Below, one piece after another: positions 1-9,878 of a stretch of 64,000 nt of DNA. The notes under the pieces were generated by a model. It had not been told where the DNA came from. It searched no databases and saw only the letters and a list, made by a program, of their open reading frames with translations. Source of the stretch: Raillietiella orientalis (lineage: Eukaryota). The stretch covers positions 248,001 through 312,000 of the forward strand of contig JAYWIR010000050.1 of the NCBI GenBank assembly GCA_036172245.1, in the 5' to 3' direction. The position numbers and the translations under genes are program-made. Each line of letters starts with the position of its first letter. Positions within the stretch are counted from its first letter, which is position 1.

Positions 1-353
1 CTTACCATCTTGTGATCCTTTCAAAATATTTCCTTAAGATCGATATCACTAAACAATCTTATCAATAATAAGGAATATAGGTTGATGTTCAGAACATCAA
101 TTCTTAATACCTTACATATCCTAATATGTTACAATTCATACATCACTTTTTAATTTGACTACTAAAAAAAAAAAAAGTCACGTAAGAAAACAACCATCTG
201 TTTATGGCGCTTTTTAGCTAACACAAGTATATTCACTCATATCTGGAAACATTTACATTAAAGTCTGCTATGATTAAGTATACTATTTCATCTCAAGTCA
301 TATTAATAATCTAAATGTATAATTATGTACTTAAAAAATGAACCCAAACACCA

Positions 354-1340
354 TCACATATCAACTGGAGGTCTGTATTTCAGTTTTAATGGAGAATCTC
401 TGAATCTCCACATAGTGACATATACAAATTTTAATGTGTGATCCCTTCCTAACAGTTCGTCATTGCAATAAAGATCAACCTAAAAATAATAAACCCTTTA
501 GGAGGTACACACTGAAACACTATACCTCTTTATATTTATCAATGCTATCCAATAACTTCAATGCAATAAATTTTTTTAAATGCGTTACTGTTGCTTGAGA
601 TGAACACCTCACAAATTTTCTTGGAAGTCTTTCCAGACAGTCAGTTTCATTTTCCAGACAGATATTAACCTAAGAAAAAAAATCCACTTGACCAATGAAA
701 ATTTCACCCTGAAATCTTTCAAGAATAACCATGAAATCTTTACCTGTTCATCAAATCTATGGAAATCATTTTGTTCCTGAGATATGTTTTCTGATATACT
801 TTTGACACTGTCTGCATTGATATCTTTGGGGCACAGTAACCCTCTGGATCTATAAAAGGCTCGCTCCCTAGTTAATTCATCTAGAACATGGCAGTAGCAA
901 ATTAGAGATTTTCCGACATCTTAATACGTTAAAAAGAATACCACCTCGTACCGTTCGAATACCTTTTAATAAATTTGGAACCAACTTGTAAACAATATCT
1001 TGCATGGTTCTATCATTGCTAATGTAATTCAAGGGATGAGACTGGTGAATAACGATACTGCAGGCGGGGCATGTGTTGTTTTCCTCTAAGTGTTTAACGA
1101 TACACGACTTACAAACTGAAACGAAAACAACTCGATGAACACTTTCGCGGCTGGGATTTCGAGCTACTTCAAAACAAACGCCCGTATACGTTTTCGTTTT
1201 ACACATTTTCATGCAGAAGGGCAGCTGTACTTACATGTATGGAGGCATTCGGTTACAGTTGTCGCATCAATGATGTAGCCCTTGCACAACTGGCATGTAA
1301 TGTAATTATTCAGAGTCCTAATCTTCATTCTCCTCTCCAT
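354..1340 (-). CDS. PCGF3: Polycomb group RING finger protein 3 (l(3)73Ah-like), 5 coding exons, 221 aa
   Basis: Exons 1235-1340, 963-1115, 744-880, 526-669 and 354-479 join in frame through GT-AG introns. Translation begins [54 protein letters not shown] (C3HC4 RING), continues ..[24 protein letters not shown] and ends in a RAWUL-type tail [43 protein letters not shown]. Confidence 0.95.
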
Positions 1341-1429
1341 TGCAAACACATCGAAGGCGGTCGGTTTCAGAAAACCGGAGGCACCCTAACAATTTGAAAC
1401 ACATTCATGCACACACCAGAAGATGAGAG

Positions 1430-2110
1430 AATCTCCCTGCCAGCACCTCATGCACTCGCACACGGCAGAACCTTCGCAGAAGACCCGGTCGCTGGCAAAA
1501 AAGAAAAAAGGAAAGCGAGGGGATGGGATGGGGGAGGGGGGAGAGGAAAGGCAAAAAAAAAAAAAAAAAAACGGGGGAAAACGGGCCCCTCCAAAAAAAA
1601 GAAAAAAAAGGAAGGAAACTCACCGGGTGGGCCGTGGCACTACGGGCGAAACATGGAGGACTCCATCGGGCTGTCGGGACGTTTCCGCAGGCCAGAAAGA
1701 GTCCGCCGCCGCGGCTTCCGCAAGGGCAGCAAAGGCGACGCAAGCGAGCGGGGCAGCTCAACCGAGGGGCGCAGGAACAGCCGTCGGCCCACTTTGGGCA
1801 TCCCCGGACGCCCCCGGCGATGGGCAATGAAGGTTACATGCGCGTTGGGTGCGTCGCGGAGCAACATTTGCTCTCTTGCATCTCACAGTATAAGAAGCCT
1901 CGGCGAGCGACGTGCGTGGGGGTTGCACGTTAGCTCCCGAAAAATTCCCGAATCGGGAGACGGTCTCGGTTTGCTCGGATTCCTGGCCGGGCACAGCCCG
2001 CTGGCAATCCGCCTCGGTTGGAATTATGGACCGAGGAGCTTGGGGCTGCAAAGCAAAAGGCAGCTCCTGCCGTAGACGAAGAATGGACAAGATTCCCTTT
2101 TGCTTACGCG
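1430..2110 (-). promoter_or_regulatory. CpG-rich promoter and probable non-coding first exon of PCGF3
   Basis: Abrupt GC/CpG-rich island upstream of the ATG. A minus-strand donor CCG|GTGAGT at 1623 and an acceptor ttgttag| at 1386 define a plausible 5'UTR intron. Poly(A) tracts lie at 1553-1571 and around 1593-1609. Confidence 0.55.
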
Positions 2111-5100
2111 TGTAGGCAACGTATTCGGGAGAGGAACGATGCTCACTCTCTTTCCTACCTTGCATGCCTTCACGAAGATGCTCTCTTATCTTTACGGGTT
2201 CTCTCATCAACCTGCAAAAAATTCGCCATCCAGAAGAAAAAAACACCACGTGAGAGTTACGGTGAAAACTGTTGTGGTACCCCTGAATAAATTGCTTTTA
2301 AATGCTTAAAAGTCGGTTTGAAATCAAGGACAATGGAAAACGAAGCAATGTAAAGGAGAAAAATAAAAACAAAAACACTGGATGTTGCGAAATAGAAATT
2401 GATAATTTGCATCCTTCTTCATATCTTGTCGGCTGCTCGTCTCCTAGTGTGAACACGGTGAAACGGTATCCTGTTTTACGTTTCCATTCCAAAAGATGAC
2501 TGATATTGCGAGATATTACTGCTCCTGGAAATAAAGAAAGGAAGCAATCACTCACTGGTAAACCTTGAGCCAAACCCATGACTGCAAATCGATGAAAACC
2601 AATGTAGTCTGAGAATCAAAAACAGGAAACCGTAGTTTCACAGTTAATTAGTCGAAGAGAGCAACTCGCAGGGTTTTTCTTCTTCTTCTTTCTGGCCGGT
2701 CTTTAAAAGTTTCGAAATAGCGGTATCATTCTATTGGTTTCATAAGTTCTGCAACTATTGAACTGATGTTGCGGTCCTGCCTTGGCTCATAATAACAATA
2801 ATAGTACTCAAAGCTTATCTATAAACTTCCAGCAGAATCAACGAGGGAGCAGTGCACAGGCAGATCTCAGTGTTTGTATTTTGAGTGCATTCCGTCTCTG
2901 TAAATAAGAGAGATACTTACTGTAGGTGTTCCATGATCATAGAGGATTCCGTGGATACCAAACTATCGTTTGTTTTCGTCTGAGAACTGCGAAAGATAGA
3001 ATATGAGCTTGTTACGACACTTTTCCAGGTTCTCTGCTCGGAGGAGAATGGAGGAGGGAATGCCAAAGAAGAATAAAATCCTTGGATAATTGGCAAACGA
3101 TAGAAATCATGTAGACAAACTCCTGTGGAATGCTAGCTTTAGCATTGGTCGTCTTCTGGTGGTATCACTGGTGGACGGAGAATAGATGGGTACGGAAACT
3201 CGCTTCACTGTCACAAAAGTGCCGGAAGCGAGCAGATGCAGTATTCCTGCAATCTTTTGGCATACATCTTGCAAGTATTCGCAGATGAGGAAGCTTCATT
3301 CGTACCAACTGCCCGCATATCTAGCACGAGTCGAAGAACTTGAAAGAATCTCAATACAAATACCACAGACGCCCAGAAATCTGTTGCAATCGTCTTGACC
3401 GAAGGAATGGAGAGAAACAGAGCTCCAGTGATGTTAGAAGGTTCAACGAATCTGAAACCTAGCTCCCTTTATCCATATTATTCTGGGCTCAGAGAACAGT
3501 CACTCACAAAAAAGTACATCTGCAACCAAGATGCCATGGGAAAAAAAGCAAAAGTATTTCAAGTCGAGACGAGAGGAAGGAAGGAAGGATTCAACCAAGG
3601 GTGAACAAGAAGAACTTTCGAGATTCATTCATTTTTCAGTTCCTTCCTCTAACTTTCTCCAGCCTCAGTTGAGATCCGTATGGCACTGCTTTCCCTTCAG
3701 GTGCCGGTCCTTAAAGAGCGCACACCGTTTCGGAGCTAAGATGTGTGCAAGGAATAGGGATAAACCTGGATTTTCTTTCTTGCCTTGTGCTCCGCGTCGT
3801 TCTCGTTTTCATGGACAATGTTCGTGAAGATACGGGACTGCGAACTGTACGGGAAAAATGCTAGCGGGACGAATGCTGTGGGATCCAACTCGGTTCACCA
3901 CCATCGCATCAGTCGAGCAGGGGCGTCTGAAGCTCCCCGGTAGAAGCGATAGCTCCCGAGACTGGAGAAATGTCTCCTTCATTACTCCCGTTTCCGCAGC
4001 TTACCAGCGATGGCCCTTTCTTCGCGCAGACAGCCGTCCTCAACCACGAAGACGCCGGTGAGACCGAACTCTGTCGTCAGCAGGAGTTCTCGTCACTTCG
4101 TTGCCACAGTTCGTTTCGAGTGTGTGTGGTGATCAAGAGATTATCACCGGTCAGTCTTTGACTAATGGCTTCGCTTCCAGCAGCGGCCGACGGGGGCCGA
4201 AAATGAACCCCCTCCCAAACACGACTACTTGCGGCACCCCTGAAAAGGAATTTCATGGACCGTTCGTCGTTGGTGCGAAGGCGGTCTTCTCCAAAGTACG
4301 CCTTCGCGTTTCTGCCCGGCCACGCCCGGACGCTCAATCAAGTAAAGACGAGTGAGTGCATGGAACGAACATGGCTCCAGTGGCCTCCTTAACCTCTCTT
4401 CCAGGCGATCACCAGCCAGGAAACAGCTGCGGCAAGTGGTGGGAGATCGCGGTCGTGCCAGTGGCGCCTGAATGGCGGAACGAAACGCTGCCGCACGTTT
4501 CCAATCACCGCCGACCGCATTCTCGCCTCTTCCTCAGGAGGGGTGCGGTGGAGATAGAGGGAGCGGGATCCAGGATGTCGTCCGGGATCCGCCCAGAGTG
4601 AAGTCGCCATTGCGATCTGACCCCGTCCTGTGAAAGGCGAACCGCGTCGCCCACTCGAGAACGCGCTCTGGATGCTTCCACGGAAACTGGCGAAGGGAAG
4701 GAAGTCAGGAAGGGTGAACCGCTCCTTCCCACTCTCGGAAGCGACTCATTGACCTGCTGGGTCGGATATCAAGAGCAGACGACGCTCTGCAGGGACTGGA
4801 AAAGAAAAGTTCCAAGGTCGTCCACGAGATGACGCTCAGAAAGCCGCCAGCAGCATCCGTTGGTACTTCCGCCACCGAAGGCAGACGCGCCTGATCGGGA
4901 AGGCGACAGCGAGCTTTATGCCCGCCCAACGCCAACGCTCGGGCCAGTAAGGTGGCGAACCCCCCGGGGTGCCGCCGAGCGCGCACGCGGCTGCGGGTTC
5001 AAACCAGCGCGGGGGACGCGACGCTAACTGAAATAAGAGAGAGGCATCAGCGAGCGCAAAGCAAACAGATCCACTTCTTCCCTCCCTCCCTCCCTCGCTT

Positions 5101-5382
5101 CTGCTGCCACACCAGCCCTTAGAAAGCCAGGTCGACACGGCAAGAGACAAGCAGCAGTTCCGAACGCCGGTAGAGGACGAGGGACGAGGCGGAGGTAGCA
5201 CGGGAACGCAGGGGACGGGAGAGCAAGCCCCCTTCCCACCAAGAGCACACAGAAAACTATCCTTCCTACCACCCTCAGCACCTTCCCGAGTCCATCCACC
5301 CGATGATGGCGCGCGGCTCTCTCCTACGGCAGGCAGAGAGGGGGAGAAGGAGAGGGACACAAAGTGTTTACAAAGTGTTCCT

Positions 5383-8300
5383 CTACTCTACTATTGGCGT
5401 CAAGTTGGAAAATCTCAACAGCAAGTTGTGCCTTTCTGTCTTCAGGCTCTTGGACACGCTGAAATCACTCTCACTTCTCGAAAAGACATCTCCCTTACTG
5501 TTTTCCGGAGAGGGCGCTTGGACCCGAGGATGCGCTGCGCGGCAGGCGCCACCTTGCGGCGACGGCCGCCACGGCGGCCAGTTCCTCGGATTGGCCTCCT
5601 CCGAGGCGCAAACCTCCGGCTCCCGGTCCGGGGACCAGGCCTTCCTTTCGAAATGGGAACCTCCGGGATGCTGCTGCCGCCTCATGCTGGGGTACGCCAA
5701 GTACGCGGCGGGGCGGTTGGATCGCCTGCCAGGAGGCCTCGCGGCGGCAAGGTCGAGCGTCGTCGAGTCGTTGTCGTCGTCGTCGTCGTCGTCCGGAGAC
5801 GACGCGCGCCTCGCTCTGCTGGAGGAGCAGCCGCAGCATCGCAGCGTGCCGTCGTCGTCCTCGTCTCGGTTGCCGCTGCAGCAGCCTCCGCCGGGGACCT
5901 CCGAAGAGAGCAGGCGCGGTTCGCAACGTGTCGTGTCCTCCTCCTCGTCCAGGATTGGTGCCGTCGTCCCGGCGCATGCCGACGACGGGTCCGCGGCCCA
6001 TGACACGCGGTAGGGGCGGCCGCCGCTGGCGCACCTCCTAGGCGGCGGCGGCGGCGGCGATTCGGAGTCGTGCTGACGCGCTGGGGGGTCGCACCCGCCG
6101 CCGCCGCCGTCGTCGCAGGAAGAAGGTGCCTCGTAGAAGCAGAGGCAGTTGGTTCCCCTGAGGACGTTCGAGTTCTTGGTCAGGATTTCCGACTGCAGTT
6201 CCACATGCTGCTCCGACTGCGTGCTGAACTCGGACGTATTGCAGTGCAGGTTGTGGTACACGGAGATGCTCCCTCCGAGGTCGGGGGACTCGTCTGCGCT
6301 GCCGACACTGTGGTGGATCACCGCTGCGAGAGAGTCCAGGTCTCTGGGGTCCTGCGGAGATGCTGCTTTGCTCGTCCCGCTGCCCTCCGCTGGCTCCACG
6401 TGAAACAACTCGCCACTTCCCCTTGATACAGAACCGCCGTCGGTTCGCCCTTCGTCGCCTATATCCTCATCACCAGCAGCAGCGGCGGCGGCATCACCGT
6501 CCTTCTCAGCCCAAGGCGATCCTTCGGTGGGGAAGGACACCACGCTCGGATCGCCCGTCCCTCCAACAGTCAAGTCGTCGTCGCTCCAGAAGCCTACAGA
6601 CGGCGGTTCGTCCTCCTCTTTGGCGGGCTCTTGGGCCGAACCGGGTTCCCGGCCGCTTTCAGCCTCCCTGGGTGTGGCGGTCTCTCGCCGGCAGGTTTCC
6701 TCTGCCTCCGGTCGCCGTCCTTCGAGGACAAGGGCGCCGCCTTCTCCGGGGTCGCATGCATCCTCCGCCTCGAGCGGTTTGTCTCGGTCGCAGGACCCTT
6801 CCTCGGGAAGACGGCGGTTGGCTTCGGAGAGCGGCGGCGGGTTGGCTGAGACGCTCCTGGCTATTTCGGAGAGCTGCTGCAGCACGATCATCAACTGGGA
6901 GATGATGCTGCTGTCGAATTTGGCGCCTCCGTCAGGTCTGAGCGCCTGGCTGCACTCGCGGTCCCTGCTGTGCTTCGAAGGCTCGTCCACCCCTTCGTTG
7001 TCGCCGTCGGACAGGATCACTTCCAGCTGGTTGTCCACGACGAAGTCCGTGTCGCTGATGGTGGACTGCAGGCTCATGCAGTCGAAGGAATCACTCGCTT
7101 CCAGCGCGTCCCGATCGGGCGGCTCCCGCTGCCAAGGAGACGGGTCTTCGAGGTCGCTGTCGCCGGACGAAAGGGGAGCGCACTGCGCGCCCGACCGCGT
7201 GTCTGCGAAGGAGGCGGTCTCCGGGTTTCCGCCAGAGGATTGCGGAACGCGGGGGAGGGTGGGCGGAAGGTAGGACATCGACGGCTGCAGGTGCTTCCCG
7301 CAGCCGAGGTCCCTTGTGATTCTTGTGAGCTTGTCGCGGAGGCGCGCTATCCTCTGCTGGATGCCCATCTTCTTCATCGGCGCTGCACTGCTGGAGCCGT
7401 TGGAAAAGTGGGAAGAGTCCAGGTCGTCTGAAAGACTCGTTTCCAGCACAGTGTCGATAGCGCCGTTCACGCTCAAATCGAACACGAAGACGTTGTGGTG
7501 TTCGTGCTCTCTTCTGCACTTTAGCCGACCAAGTCCTTGGCTGCTGCAACAGGTAAGCTGATGATTGCAGGATTTCTGACCTGCACCGGATCGCTCTCTG
7601 GAACTTCTTCGCTTCCCCACTTTGATCGACACTTCATTCAGGAAGATTTCGCTACTTTCCGCCGAAGAGGCTTCCACCAGATTCTCCGGGAACCTTCCTG
7701 GAGGCAGAGGCGCGGGAGAGTTAGGACCAGGGAGAGCGCAAGCCGCTCTGCGCAGGCCACCCCCGTTCCCGAAGACACCGTTCTGGCCGACCTCAAGCCT
7801 CTTCCTTCCAGCCTGCGGGAAGGAGAACCAATAGCTCCCTCGCGGGCTGCTTCGCGTCTTCGTCCGCCAGAGCGCTGCTCCAATATGCGCAGGCGCACGC
7901 GTCGCGAAGAGAGTGGGCTGCCCACGAGGGAGCTATTGGTGCAGCGGAACGGGTCATTCCCACGGTGCTACCCGCGGAACCCACCATACACGCCTGCTGC
8001 ATCGTGCCGTTAGACGGCACTCTCCACCGAGTCGGCCGCGGTCGGACTTCCTCGAGGAACAGCCGAGACGTAAAGGAAAGCGACCGAAAGTTCTTCACCG
8101 ACCTCATGGGATTCCATTTCAGGTTGCAGAAAGAGAACGCACGCTTTCTTCTTTCGCTATTGGAATCCGCCTAGCACGAAACACTCCATCTACCTCCCTC
8201 AGGGCGGCATTCACCTTATAGGCGCCGCAAAACGTACGAGATCTCATGCAATGTACATTTGCGAAAGCAGGCACCGAATAATCGACGGCGTGGAATCGCC

Positions 8301-9858
8301 AAAAGTTGGGGACTCGAAGAGGAACTTGGATTAGAAAATGCCGATCTTTTTTTTTTTTTTTTTTTTTTTTTTTTATCCTGGATCCATGCTGAGACACACG
8401 CGGAGGGCAGAGCGTTCCGGCGAACCGGCAAACCACGCAGCTCGCTCCTGGGTATCACGAAACCAAGTACCAAAACCGCTGTGAAAACGGTGGGGGCTTC
8501 GTTCCAGCACGGTCGACGCAACGTTGGGAGAAACCGGGCCCTAGCGCCCGCGGGCGAGGTAACCGAACGAACGGCTCGACGCGCGAAACGCTCGTTTCTC
8601 TCAGAGGCCCTCAACATGAGAAACCGGGATAGGCGGATTCCCGGGAATGGCGTTTCGTCGACGGCAGACGAAATATGGAACGGACGGTCTTCCGGAGCTA
8701 GAACACCTCATCGAACGCAGCGTCAGCAGCTGACGTTCCAGAGAAAAGGATGGCAGGCTTTCGTGCGGTGCCACGGGAACCATGTCGGTGCAGCAGAATA
8801 GCACGGACTCTGTCCCGGACCAACCACCTCCGATGCGAGTGGGCACCGTCTAAAGGCACGCAGTATTCCTTCTGCTGCGGAGCCGACTCCACAGGGCGAA
8901 GGGATGGAAACCCATCAGGAAATTAAGAGGAAAAGCTTTGGTCCACATTCTGCACTTTTTGTAGAACGGGGAAAACCATGAAACGGAGGGCAGTGCAGCT
9001 CGGCATCAGTGCACCGAGTGATTAGCAAACTGGAAAATAAATCCACGTATCCAGTGGGCAACCAGGACTTGCACAGCTGCCACCTATACATGCTCACGAA
9101 ACCTCTGTTTCAAGAAAATTGCACCGATTTTCACTTCTTCTAAACTGTCAATGGGCATGCGAAATGGAACGAGCGATAAAATGGACGGAAAAAAGGGAAC
9201 CCCCAAAAAAAAAAAAAAAAGGCCAAACGCAATTCTTGCTTGGCATCATCCGCAATGACGTGAAATAATGCAACAGGTCAGGTCACCTCTACAAGAGCAA
9301 ACGCTTCAGTTGGTGCTACTTACTCTCTGGATAATCACGATGCCTGTCGCATCCGCCGAGATTGCGCGGGGAAGCGCCTGGATGGTGGGAGTCCGAATAC
9401 AAAGAAGGAACCGTGGATGAATTATCACATCCACGATTGTCTTCTGGAGAAAGGTACAGTATTTCCTGAAGTGTGGTCTGGCATAGGGACGAGCTGTTAA
9501 CATTCTCGATGAAATCGTTTAAACTAAATGAAACACCCTGGTAGGCAGGCAGTTCGCACTTTGAATATTCCGTGGGTAAATTCTTGCTCGTCGTAAGCAA
9601 ATCGCCCAGAAGTACTGAATCAGTTTCAAGGTGTTTATTCGCAGCGCTAACGGAGGCTCCGGGGCTGAAGCTTTTCGGGTTGCTGGCGCAGCTACTCCTT
9701 TCTTCGGAGTCTGAGGCGGAGTCGCTTGCACTCGGAGACCACGGCCTGCGCCCGTCGTCAGCTGCTTTACTGCCCCCGGGCAAACTTATGCCTTCCACCA
9801 CGTGAGCCCTCCAGCGCTGCTCGCAATCCACGCTAGTACGGCAGCAAGGCACGTTCAT
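5383..9858 (-). CDS. Uncharacterised, largely disordered Ser/Asp/Glu/Pro/Gly-rich protein of about 949 aa, 2 exons (9324-9858, 5383-7697)
   Basis: The ATG at 9858 is in GCCATG context. Exon 1 ends GAG A|gtaagt (phase 1). A strong acceptor cctaactctcccgcgcctctgcctccag| at 7698 continues in phase 1 into the 764-aa ORF, which ends NLTPIVE*. Total 2850 nt, divisible by 3. No family recognised; extra exons inside the 1.6-kb intron cannot be excluded. Confidence 0.65.
5773..5793. repeat. (GTC)7 coding microsatellite (poly-Asp on the minus strand)
   Basis: Seen directly. Neighbouring GGC/CCG runs at about 6041-6110 encode poly-Pro and poly-Gly in the same ORF. Confidence 0.9.
8347..8374. repeat. 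T28 homopolymer in the intron of the orphan gene
   Basis: Seen directly. Further long A/T tracts occur at 1553-1571, 9205-9220 and 23769-23792. Confidence 0.9.
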
Positions 9859-9878
9859 GGCGGAGGATAACGGGAAAT

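Noticed and set aside
1..170. Minus-strand ATG|GTAAG at the window edge and other splice-like signals just downstream of PCGF3
   Set aside because: No consistent reading frame could be built and the sequence is truncated. It may be a neighbouring gene's 5' end but is unsupported.
1405..2309. Lys-rich and Phe-rich ORFs (for example 222 aa at 1407-2075)
   Set aside because: They arise from poly(A) tracts and high GC in the PCGF3 promoter island; no recognisable protein features.
4985..5015. B-box-like GGTTCAAACC (also GGTTCGAGTCC on the minus strand near 14860)
   Set aside because: No cloverleaf, acceptor stem or properly spaced A box; not called as tRNA or SINE.
5303..8801. Numerous overlapping ORFs on both strands
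   Set aside because: Expected shadow ORFs in GC-rich DNA antisense to, or out of frame with, the 764-aa frame.
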